Shown: positions 13,501 through 23,989 of the stretch, piece after piece
Numbering within the stretch: position 1 is the stretch's first letter
Layout of the letters: each line of letters opens with the position of its first letter
The notes under the pieces: generated by a model
The model's input: only the letters and a program-made list of their open reading frames with translations
Databases searched by the model: none
What the model was told of the DNA's origin: nothing
NCBI RefSeq assembly: GCF_048593235.1
Contig: NC_133622.1
Location: 189,689,198-189,753,197, forward strand
Length of the DNA: 64,000 nucleotides
Direction of reading: 5' to 3'
Source of the DNA: Sminthopsis crassicaudata
Lineage: Eukaryota
Position numbers and translations under genes: made by a program

Positions 13501-14150
13501 GAGTTTTTATTTTTGTTTTTTAGGAAAGAAAAAGGAACTATATGTACAAAAATATTTATAACAGATCTTTTTGTGGTGGTAAATAATTTGAAATAGAGGG
13601 GATGTCCGTTAATTGGGGAATGGCTGAACAAGTTGTAGTATATGATTGTAATGGAATTTTGGTATGCTCTAAGAAATGACCAACAGGATGATTTCAGAAA
13701 AGCCTGAAAAGACTTACATGAACTGATGCAAACTGAAATGAACAGAGCTAGGAAAATATTGTACACAGTTACAGTAATATTGTACAATGATCAACTGTGA
13801 ATAATTTAGTTAATCTAAGTAATAGAATGACCTAAAACAACTCCTAAGAACTCATGATGAAAAATGCTGTCCACTTCCAGAGAAAGAACTAATAGAGTCT
13901 GAATGCCAATTGAAGCACACTTTTTTTTTTTAAACTTTCTTTACTTTTCTTGGGGTTTTTTTTGTCTGTTTCCCCCCACCCCCCACAACATGACTAATAT
14001 GTTTTTCATGTCTGCACTTGTATAACCTCTAAACATTCCTTTTCTTTTTAATCAGGGAGGTGGAGATTCTGGCAGGGAGGGAATTTGGAGCTCAAAGTTT
14101 AAAAAAAAAATGAATGTTTAAATTTTTATTTGTACTTGGAAAAGATTAAA
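10590..14150 (+). mobile_element. Old degraded L1 ORF2 plus 3'UTR, interrupted by younger insertions
   Basis: L1 ORF2 relic motifs (ccaggaccagataaattcacaag, ctctttgcagata, gaatataaaataa, aagccattccccaaatgataaatggtcaaagg); many stops. Confidence 0.9.
11720..12120 (-). mobile_element. Young 5'-truncated L1 nested in the old L1
   Basis: Same 3'UTR family as 10141-10520 and 56275-56648; flanks cacataaacttt / catataaacttt look like a TSD. Confidence 0.8.
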
Positions 14151-14231
14151 CTATTTGGATACATGTTTAAAATTTTTTTTTAACATTCTCCCCCCACCCC
14201 GTGCGCTGGTGCCCCCTCCCCCCCAAAAAAA

Positions 14232-14370
14232 GGGTTAAGTGACTTGTCCAATCACTGGCCGGAAGAGGAGTTTCTTTGCGTCAGGAAACAGGGAGAGAAG
14301 TGAAAGGAAAGCCTATTAAACCAGCTGCCAGAGAGGTGTGAACAAGAGGATGGCAGGGTCACACAGCTAG
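14232..14370 (+). mobile_element. MIR/CORE-SINE fragment split by a ~108-bp insertion copied from the CDK11-like CDS
   Basis: gggttaagtgacttgtcca [insert] gggtcacacagctag; the uninterrupted motif gggttaagtgacttgcccagggtcacacagct occurs many times elsewhere in the window; insert 14257-14358 matches 15186-15286 at about 91%. Confidence 0.8.
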
Positions 14371-14637
14371 GTAATATTCCTTTAAAAAAATTGAGTCCCA
14401 AATTCTTTCCCTTCTAGGGAAAATGCTTAGAAAACAATGAAAAGCTTAAGTCTGATCTCCTCACTCACTCTTTCCCCCTGCCCCCCGTGCTCCCTTTCCG
14501 TGCCCCTCCTCCCTTCTCCTTCCCGTCTTAGTCAGAGCACTTAGCTCACTTTACTCATTTCTCTTGGTTGCTTAGTTGGAGTAGCAGCAAAAGGCCGTGG
14601 CTCCGGCCAGTTTTTGGTTTAGCTCCAAAAATAAAAA

Positions 14638-16662
14638 ATGAGTAATCAAAAGAATTCTTGGAGAGTGAAAACTTTAGATGAAGTTCTTCAGGAGAAGAAG
14701 GGAAGGAAGGAACAAGAAAAAATGGACGAGGCTAAGGGCATGAAAAATTCCCACGATCTGGATTCCCTCCACGAGGAAGAACTGAGAGATCCCTGGGAGA
14801 CAAGATCCAGGAATTCCCTTCGCAGGAGGGAAGATGCCTCTTTGGCTGTCACACCTGCTCGGTCCACGTTACCAGAAACAAACTCTCTTCCCTGGACAAA
14901 GAAACGCCGATGCCGCGGTCATTCAGAAGAAGGTCGCAAGCGTGCCAGGATGGAAACGCGGGAGCGAGAAGCCGAGCGTCGGGCCCAGCTGGATGAAGTG
15001 CTTCCAGAATGGGAGAGGCGGAAAAGGAGGGAGAGGGCCCGAGAGCGTTATGGGAGGGAGAGCCATCCTGTGGAGGCGCCGCCCCAGAAGGGAGAGCGAG
15101 AGTGGACCATGAGGGAGCAGCAGCAGCAGCAAAGGGAACCGGAGCGGGAGAACCGGGAGGAGCAGGACAGGCGCAAAGAACCGGAGGCCGGAAGAGGAGT
15201 TTCTTTGCGTCAGGAAACGGGGACAGAAGTGAAAGGAAGCCTATTCAACCAGCCGCCGAAGAGGTGTGAACAAGGGGATGACAGGGAGCCGAGCAAAGAG
15301 GAGAAACTGGAAGAGAGGGATCTTCTTTCTGGTTTACACGATATAAATGACAGGGAGAGGACGCCCAGTTCAGCTGAGTCCTCCTCAGTAGAATCGGGAT
15401 GTGGCTCTGAGGAGGAAGAAGGGAACAGCTCAGAAGAGGAGGAGGACACAGGAAGCAATTCTGAGGAACTATCTGAGCAGTTTTCTGATAGTGTGAGTGA
15501 AGAGGAAGAGAAAGGAGGCCAAAGGTTAGTTGTTAGGGAGTCAATATTTGATCGACATTTCAGAGAGATGGAAGAAGTACTTCCGAGAGAACTTCACAAA
15601 AATGACTCCGACAGGAGGCCACAACTCAGTGGTCGAATACAAGGAGATGATGGCCCAGACAATCCAACAAATCCTACAGAGATGAAACGGGAGCCCCCCA
15701 CATGTTTTCCTGCCTTCCAGGGTTGTCGGAAACTGGATGAATTCCTGTGTCTGAACAGGATAAACGAGGGCAGATATGGTGTGGTATACAGAGCAAAGGA
15801 TAAAAAGACCCATGAAATTGTGGCTCTGAAAAAATTGAAAATGGAAAAGAAAAAAGACGGCTTCCCAATTAACTTCCTCAGGGAAATCAATATCATGCAG
15901 AAAGTTCAGCACCCCAATATTGTCGCTGTCCGGCAGATCGCGGTGGGCAGCCATTTGGACGAGATTTATATTGTAATGAATTACGTGGAGCAAGACCTCA
16001 GGAAGTTCATGAATACCATGAAGCGGCCCTTCCTGCCAGAGGAAGTGAAAACGCTGATGATTCAGCTCGTTCGGGGAGTGAAGTATCTCCATGACAACTG
16101 GATCCTTCATCGGGACCTCAAGCCTTGCAACTTGCTCCTCAGTAACTCGGGCATTTTAAAAATCGGTGATTTGGGGCTGGCCAGAAAATATGGCAACCCG
16201 AGAAAAGCCTACACTTCCGTGGTGGTGTCCCTGTGGTACCGGGCTCCCGAGTTGTTACTCGGAGCCCAGGAATATTCCACCGAGATAGACATGTGGTCAG
16301 TGGGCTGTATATTTGGAGAGCTCTTATCCAAGGCGCCTCTATTTCGAGGGAAATCAGAGATTGACCAGATCAACAAAATCTTTAAGAAGCTGGGAACTCC
16401 AACTGAGAAGATTTGGCCCGGTTACAATGACCTACCGGTAGTGAAGAACGTAACGTTTGAATATCAACCCTCTAATCAATTAGCGACAAGATTCGGGGCC
16501 CTTCTCTCTGACCGGGGCTTCGAACTGTTGAACGAGTTATTGATCTACGACCCCAGGAAGAGGATCAACGCACAAGACAGCCTGGCGCATGAATACTTCA
16601 GAGAAAGCCCACTTCCAATTGACCCCTTCATGTTTCCCATGTGGAGGCCCAAGATCGAGTAG
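14638..16662 (+). CDS. CDK11B: Intronless CDK11 (PITSLRE/CDC2L, p110-type) retrogene, 674 aa, probably an intact Ser/Thr kinase
   Basis: N-terminus [21 protein letters not shown] resembles CDK11 MGDEKDSWKVKTLDEILQEKK. RE-rich and poly-E regions are present. The kinase domain runs QGCR...[54 protein letters not shown]. One continuous ORF covers what is a ~20-exon parent gene, so this is a processed copy and not the parental locus. Confidence 0.93.
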   Translation: MSNQKNSWRVKTLDEVLQEKKGRKEQEKMDEAKGMKNSHDLDSLHEEELRDPWETRSRNSLRRREDASLAVTPARSTLPETNSLPWTKKRRCRGHSEEGRKRARMETREREAERRAQLDEVLPEWERRKRRERARERYGRESHPVEAPPQKGEREWTMREQQQQQREPERENREEQDRRKEPEAGRGVSLRQETGTEVKGSLFNQPPKRCEQGDDREPSKEEKLEERDLLSGLHDINDRERTPSSAESSSVESGCGSEEEEGNSSEEEEDTGSNSEELSEQFSDSVSEEEEKGGQRLVVRESIFDRHFREMEEVLPRELHKNDSDRRPQLSGRIQGDDGPDNPTNPTEMKREPPTCFPAFQGCRKLDEFLCLNRINEGRYGVVYRAKDKKTHEIVALKKLKMEKKKDGFPINFLREINIMQKVQHPNIVAVRQIAVGSHLDEIYIVMNYVEQDLRKFMNTMKRPFLPEEVKTLMIQLVRGVKYLHDNWILHRDLKPCNLLLSNSGILKIGDLGLARKYGNPRKAYTSVVVSLWYRAPELLLGAQEYSTEIDMWSVGCIFGELLSKAPLFRGKSEIDQINKIFKKLGTPTEKIWPGYNDLPVVKNVTFEYQPSNQLATRFGALLSDRGFELLNELLIYDPRKRINAQDSLAHEYFRESPLPIDPFMFPMWRPKIE

Positions 16663-16790
16663 AACAGTCTCACACGAGGCCTAGGGCTCCAGAAGGACTT
16701 GATCGTAGCCAGATTATAACGGGAGACCCAGGCCGCCATCTCACCGTCATCAACCAGGGAAATGTTCAGCTGGGCAGTTCACACAAACTT
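16663..16790 (+). pseudogene. Decayed remnant of the CDK11 C-terminal tail after the new stop
   Basis: In-frame *NSLTRG resembles QQRVKRG; then in a shifted frame PRAPEG-LDRSQ...HLTVINQG resembles PRPPEGGLGYSQ...HLTTTNQG. Confidence 0.75.
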
Positions 16791-17620
16791 CACACCAGGC
16801 CACAGAGCACAGGCAACCGGGAGGGAATTACAACCGGACCTAGCGAGGGGCACGGGGGACAGGCTGGGGTGGAGGGGCTGGAGGACAGGCCTCGGGGGTC
16901 CTTCTGCTCCCCCACGGGGCACGTGCAGCTGAGAAAGACAGAGGGGACGGAGGGGGACGCCCTGCAAACGTGAGAACGTGTGTGTGTTGTTATTTATTAC
17001 ATGATTTTACCAACTAGAGTTTTTCTGTTGACCCCTTTCTTCTGGACCCCAACGTGCTGGAGGTGGGGGGTGGGGGGAGATCCTTTGGGGGAGCCGGAGC
17101 CCGCCGTCCCTGCGGTCACCCCCGAGCGCCGGCCGCTCCCTCCCGCGCGGAGAGGCTGCTTACAAAGGCCCGAGTGTTGCGAATCAAGTCCGTTTTGTCT
17201 TCGCAGTAAAACTGGAGTCGAGGAAGGTTTTTTTCCCCTTTCCTGGAGACACCGTGCCCCGTTTCCAGCCCCGCGGGGACGGCGCGCGATCCCCGGGCCG
17301 CTGGTTGGGAAGCCCGAACAAAAGCGACTTTATTGTCCCTGGAGTAGAGGGTGGAAAGCGCCGGAGCTTTGGGGGGGGGGGAGGGGGCAGCTAGCCCGGT
17401 GCAAGATGAGCATGGGTGTCGGGACAAAAAACGGAGAATGCGGACTTTTCGGAGCGACGATCTGAGCAGTTTTTTGATGGAATGAGTGATGAGGAAGGAG
17501 ACCAGAGCTCTTCCCACCGTTAGACTCTCCCTCCCCGTCCGGCCCTTCCCTCTGCCCCATCCCCCCCCCCCCTCCTGGGCCCCTTGTCCCACCCTCGATC
17601 ACACCTCTTCTCCCTCCTCC
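16700..17620. promoter_or_regulatory. GC/CpG-rich island downstream of the retrogene
   Basis: Dense CpGs (cgcgcgg, ggcgcgcgatccccggg) against a CpG-depleted background; judged by eye. Confidence 0.6.
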
Positions 17621-19479
17621 CTACCCCTCCTCCCCAGCTCTCCCCTGGGCCCCATCTTGCCAGGCAGGAAACTTCAGATAGATTCACACTGATCGACTCT
17701 AGGAGGGAACGAGCTCTTCTCACGTTCCATTTACTGTTTTAAAGAGGGCAGTGCTACATTCTTTCGGTCTGTTCATTCATTGATTCACTTCATTATTCCT
17801 TTAGAGCTGGAGGGAGAAGCAGTCTGTGGTACGGAATAACATATAGGACAAGAAGCTGGGTTAGAATACCCTGTCCCACTGGTGCTTCCCACGGGGTCTT
17901 CCTGGATAAGTCATCTAACATCTCTGAGCCTCAGTTTGCTCATCTTTAAAAAGAGGGAAATGAACTTGATGGCTTTCAATTGATTATTTTCCAATCAGTT
18001 AACGTTTATGGCTCCCACCAGCGCTAGATCCTAGGAGAATTTTCTTTCCCCATTAGGTTTGGCTGGTGGGGACTATTTTTCTGTTCATATGTCCCACTGA
18101 CTAGAGTGTGGCAGATACTTATGAAATGATGGTGTTTATTTGTTTACCCTTTTTTTAATTTGTGAGAACTCCCAAGGAGAAATCTCCATTCACCAGTAGA
18201 ATGTGGCAGGTACTTAGTAAATGATTGTGAGTTGTTGTGGTTTTTAACCTATTTTTTATTTGTAGTGTTACCATATGGAACTCCCAAGGAGAAAACTTCC
18301 CCATTCAACAGAGTAGATCATCATCTTCTCCACAACAGAAGTTTTTTGTTTTTGTTTTTTTTTTCTTTTTCCAGTCGCCTGGGACACTGAGGCAAAGTTA
18401 CCTGTCCAGAGTCACACAACCTGTATGTGTCATAGATCCTTTGGCTCTCCACACAATGACACTGCCTGTCTTGATTGATTTTTCAGATTCATTTGATGCA
18501 AATGACTTGTATTTAGTTGTTTTCTTGTCCTTATCAGACTAACCTTCTTGAGAGCAGAGACTGTATTTTTACCTCCTCTCTTCTTCAGTTCTTTCCCCAT
18601 CCCACGAGGACTTTGGGCTAGATAGCTCTAAAGTTACTTCCAGCTCTAAACTGCAACTTGGTTCATGAAATGCATGTCTAATAATCAGAGCTGTAACTAT
18701 GATGGAGTGACTGGGGTTTTGATTCAGGGCTACTTCGGTAATTTGCCAGAAATAATTAGTTAAAATAGGGAACTACCAAAGTGAGCTCTCCATCTTCTCC
18801 CAAAGATTTATGTCGCTCTTTCCACATATCTGACAACTGAATTTGTCTTAAAAAATTGATTTGGGGACATATTTCATGCTGCTGTTGCATCTAGCATTTT
18901 AGGTTAGTGAGAGTTCGGATGGTAGAAACAGTCATGTGTCAGAGGAATTTTTAGAGAGGAGGGGAGCGAGTCTGTTCAAATATCCAAATCACATTTCTGA
19001 TAAATCAAGGCCTGACTGAAACACTAGGATTTGAGGCCTTGGTAAAGGGTCTAGCAAGATGCTTCCTATCAGAGGGCTGGGCTAAGGCTCATTCTACCAA
19101 GTTTGGGTTTTATCAGCTACTCATACTTTGTTTTCAATTGCCACTTCAGCTAATCAAGACAGGCCCATGAACTAACCTCAGTCCTTACTGCTAAATTATT
19201 TGAGCTCACTACATAATAAATGCTATTGTCTGGTGTAGTCCATTCAAATCATTTTGGTTAGGTCAAGTAAATCAACCATTCCCTAGTCTTCCTGGATTCC
19301 AGCCTGCATTGGCTATGCTGATGGGGAGAGGAGAGGAGACCTGGGCCTTCAAGCAGTTCAGAATCCGAAGATCTTGGCCACCGGGAGCTCACAAACTGGG
19401 GGAGACAGAGGAAGAACAACCCCATATGGAGGAATAAGTACTATGTGTCTGGCACTGTACTAAGCATTATTATTTTTTT

Positions 19480-19735
19480 TAGTAATTTTACAATGTTGAC
19501 AATTGCCAAACCTTTTGTTCTAATTTTTCCCCTCCCCCCCAGATGGCAGGTTGACCAATTCATGCTAAATATGTTAAAGTATAAATTAAATACAATATAT
19601 GTATACCTGTCCAAACAGTTGTCTTGTTGTACAAAAAGAATTGGACTTTGAAATAGTATACCATTAGCCTGTGAAGGAAATTAAAAATGCAAGAGGACAA
19701 AAATAGAGGGATTGGGAATTCTATGTAGTGGTTCA
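19480..19735 (-). mobile_element. 5'-truncated L1 3'UTR
   Basis: Same subfamily as 60112-60356 (gatggcaggttgaccaat...gactttgaaatagt). Confidence 0.75.
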
Positions 19736-20382
19736 TTGCATTATTACAAATATTACCTCACTTGATCCTCACAACAACCCAGAAGAGATATTATTATTTC
19801 CATTTTGCTGTTGAGGAAACTGAGGTAAACAGAGATTATTTAACCTTGCCTAGTAACAAGTCTAACAGCTTGGCAATATCCACAGCTGAACTTGAGCTCA
19901 GGTTCAAACAGCTGCTCTTATTAACAACCGCATAATATATTCACTTAACATTTACAGTTCACTAAGTGTTTGCTTCCTAATTGACTTCCTTCTGTAATCC
20001 ATACTTTATATAGCTGTCAGTGGTATTTATAAACTCCAGGTCTTTCCTGATCAATAAATTCCACTGCCCCCCTGAGACTGAAGTACAAATTTCTCCATCA
20101 GACATTGAAAACCCCTCACAGTTTCCTCCTAAATTTATTGTACATTATTCTCCAATACTCAATCTACTTTACAGTATATATCACATTTAATCTCTTGCCT
20201 CCATGCCTTTGTACAAGAAATCCCCATGCCTGGAATGCCCTTTTTACCTCTGCCTCTTAGAAATGATAAATTCCTTTAAATCATAGCTCAAATGCCAGTC
20301 TTGCTTTATTTAGGCTGTAGATCTGTTGGCCACTTATCCTGATATTAATCTCACATTTATTTTCTATATACTTTGTTTATGC

Positions 20383-20383
<1 letters not shown>

Positions 20384-20427
<44 letters not shown>
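20384..20427 (+). repeat. (TG)n microsatellite
   Basis: Seen directly. Confidence 0.98.
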
Positions 20428-20429
<2 letters not shown>

Positions 20430-23400
20430 TACATGTGTGTTGTCTCCCATAACAGGATGTTAGTTCCTCTAGGGTAGATCTTTCATTTTTGTCTTGGTTA
20501 TTTCTAGTGCCTAGCACTGGGATTAGATAGTAGGAGCTTAATAAATGCTTCCTGACTGTTTTCATTGATGTCTCATTTAATCATTACTAAAAACTGGAAG
20601 TAGACAGAGCAGTTCTTAGTATGTGAACTTTACCAACAAGGGAGCTTTGAGTAAGAAGGCTAGCCCAAGGTCTGGCTATGACTGATGAAATGGAGACTGG
20701 GACACAGATCTTTCTGATTTCAAATCCAACACTCTTTGTATGCTTCTAAGTAGGAAGAGGATGGAAATTCAGAACAAGGTGAGATAGCAGTTGAACAGGA
20801 GTTGAAGAAAGAGTTTTTGAGGTTGTGGGGTAGGAGCTGGGCAGGTTTTGGAATGGAGGAGAGAGGAGAGATCCTTAGAAATGGTCCATCTCAGGGATCT
20901 AGATTCCACTGATCTGTGGTCTACTTTTTAGGCCAGTTCCTTTCATGAAACTGGTCCAAGGGGCCTATTTTTGCCTCTTTGACCTTTACTTTCTCTATTC
21001 ACAGATTAGAGAGGATGTATGATGAAAGAAAGAGTTAAAGATTTCACCTTCAAACTGGAAAGAACTGAATTCAGGTCCTGCTTCTCATACATGCTAACCA
21101 TGTGACCCTACACAAGTCACTTAATCTGGATGTGCTCCAGAAAACTATAAGGCTTTAAACTGCAGAGAAATTACCGATTGTGCCCTTGTAGAAGGGAGCT
21201 TTCTCTCCCATACTAACCAACATAGGTTCAACTTCCATTCATATGACTTATCAATTTAGAGCAGCATAACTTTTAGGGTCATTTAATAGTTTTCAGACTT
21301 TTTGGACTCAGGACTTGAACACTTTATCTCCCCACACTCCACCCAAGACCTTATGCTTTTGTGCATAGTCCTGTTGATATTTATTTATTTTTTGTTTGTT
21401 TGGGGTTTCATTGCAAGGCAATAGAGGTTAAGTGACTTGCCCAGTGTCACACAGTCTGGAAGTATTAAGTATCTGAGGCTATATTTGAGTCAGGTTTTCT
21501 TCCCTCCACAGACCCTGCTCTATCCACTGTGTTCTCTAGCTGCCCTTTTGTTGATATTTAGAAATTAAATTATTAAAAATGAAAACATATCAGTATCATG
21601 ATACTGAATCAATAAACATTTAATAAGTGCCTACTCTGTGCCAGGCACTGTGCTAAGCATGAAGGGAACAAAGAAAGATAAAAGATGAATTTTGCTCTTC
21701 AGGACCTCCCAGCCTAGAAATTCACTGGATAATTTGATCAAAGAAGCCTTTAAATCCCACTCAGAGATCCTGAAGCCTCGTGGATCTTCCAGACCACCAA
21801 GTTCATTTGATTCCCAGAAGTCCAAGATAGACTGGCTCCTATCCCTAAAGAATTCCCTCTCTCCTTCTATTGCCACTCTCTGCAGATGCAGGAACTCAGC
21901 CCTCTGCACCCTTCTTCCTTTCCCAATTCTTCCTGATTCCACACCTTCCAGGATACAGGAGACTTTTTTCTTTCTTGAATTTATTCATAAAGGACAAGAG
22001 AATGCAAATTCAGGTATAAGACACGAGAAGATCATTAGCTGAACTTTGGAAAGAAAATTCACCAGTTCCAGACTAAGGGGCCCCTCAGCCTTCTATCCTA
22101 ATCTTTAACTCAAATGTTTCTCTAGGCAGAGCTTTCCACAATGGGAGCCTCTATACCACATCCAGCTCCCTGGTCTTCTCCCTGCCCCCAAAAATGTTCT
22201 TTGTTTCCAGAACTGTCTCTTTTCTTCTACTCTTAGTGAATTCAGAAACCTCTCAATGATTTGGTGGGTTTTGTGGGCTGGACTATTCTTTCTTATTCCA
22301 TAATCCTTCTGCCCAAAATTTGGGAGATGATAGAATCATCCTTGAAATATTTTCTGGTGGCTTGAATATCATAGTAATTCTACCTACAACTACTCAGCAT
22401 ACTACCCAACAAATGGGGTATAATTCCCAGTCAGCCAATCACAAAGTAATTGCTCCTGCCTTTACTCCACCATCTTGGCTCCACTTCCCACAAAGTAATT
22501 GTTAATTCTTTACTCCGTGCCTGCCCTTGTTCTGGGGATAGAAGGAAAGGCAAAAACACTGTCCGTGGCTTCAATGAGCTCCTCAACAACATGAAAACAA
22601 GTAGGTACATATATGGTGTATGCAGAATAGTCAGGAGTTAAGCTCAGAGAGAAGGCACCAGTAGCTGGTGGGGCTACGAAATGGCTCCCATAGAAGGATG
22701 GCTTTGGGCTGAATCCCGAAGGAAGCCAGGGAAGCTGAAAAGGGAGATGAAAGGGGATATAGTTCTAAGAATAGGGAAGAACCAGCATGAGGAACAGAGA
22801 CTTTGTTGTGTTGTTTGGGTGAAACAGTGAGGAGGTCAGCGTAACTGGATCTAGTAATTGGGTCAAGAATAATGGGTAAGAATATTGAAAAAGTAGGAGA
22901 GGGCTAGGTTGTGAAGAGCTTTAAATGTAGGAGAGATAACTTCATATTTCATTGTTGAGGATAATAGGGAGCCAGTGCAATTTATTTAGAGGGAAATGCA
23001 ATAGAGCTATGTTTTAGGAAAATCACATTGGCAGCTGAGTGGAGGACAGGTTAGAATGGGGAGAGATTCAAAGAAGGGAGGCTACTGGCATTTACAATAT
23101 AGTACAATGGAAAGAACAGCTCTGTTGTCAAAGGGCGCAGGTTCAGATCCTACATGAGATGCTGTCTGCCTGTGTGGGACAATCATTTTGCTTTTTCATG
23201 GGTCTCAGGGTCATCATTTGTTAAACGAGGGGCATTGGAGCAGATGAACCTTTCCAGCTTTAGTTCTGGGTTCTGTGGTCTTTTCTGCTCTGATCTGCTT
23301 GACCAACTGATTTGACAGTCTCTTTCACATATGCTAGATTCCAGCCAGACTGGACAGCTTTGATCCTTGATCGTTCCCCCATCTGCCCATGCACAGAATA

Positions 23401-23989
23401 GATATGCTTCAATCTCCAGCGACTGAAAACATCTTTTCTTAAAGGTCCACCTCAAGTGCTACTTCCTCCTTTAAGTCTGTCCTGATTACTCCATCAGGGA
23501 CCCACAGTACTCTGTCACTTTCTCACAATTATAGGACTTGGGAAGGAAAAGGACATGTTTTTTCCCCCCTTCTATCTCTGTAGAGATAGGTTATCCCTAT
23601 AATAACTCCCCCTTTTTTGCTCTCTCCGAGCTCCCATCTTTCCCTATTTCCCCCTTCTCTACTGTCTACAAACACACTCAGTTTCTTTCATCCTTAAAAA
23701 TGGAGCCTACTCTTCCCTCAAAGATGCCATTCTATCTTTTTTCTCCCTTTCACAGCCAAACTACTAGAAAAAACCAATTCATCCTCTGCTGCTTCTATTT
23801 CCTCTGCCCTCACTCTGCATCCTGGTTTCTGACCTCATCGATCAACTGAACAGCTGTCTTCAAAGTTACTCATGATGTCTTCATTGCCTGCTAGCATGAC
23901 CTTGTTCCAGTCCTCATCTTTCCCGACCAGCCCTTTGGTCTTTACACAACAATGACCACTTTTTCCTCTTGCATATTCTCTTTATCACT

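Noticed and set aside
14834-16110. Overlapping and antisense ORFs within the CDK11-like CDS
   Set aside because: Shadow frames of a real GC-rich ORF
16641-16973. 110-aa ORF overlapping the end of the retrogene
   Set aside because: It is the frameshifted CDK11 tail plus 3'UTR and starts at a non-ATG codon; not a separate gene
17193-17240. ttttgtcttcgcag|taaaactggag resembling a CDK11 intron/exon boundary
   Set aside because: Similarity is too short and weak, and the nearby echo at 17460 is processed sequence
17116-17602. Minus-strand ORFs tested as MMP23 C-terminal coding sequence
   Set aside because: None of the three frames resembles the remembered MMP23 Ig-domain terminus
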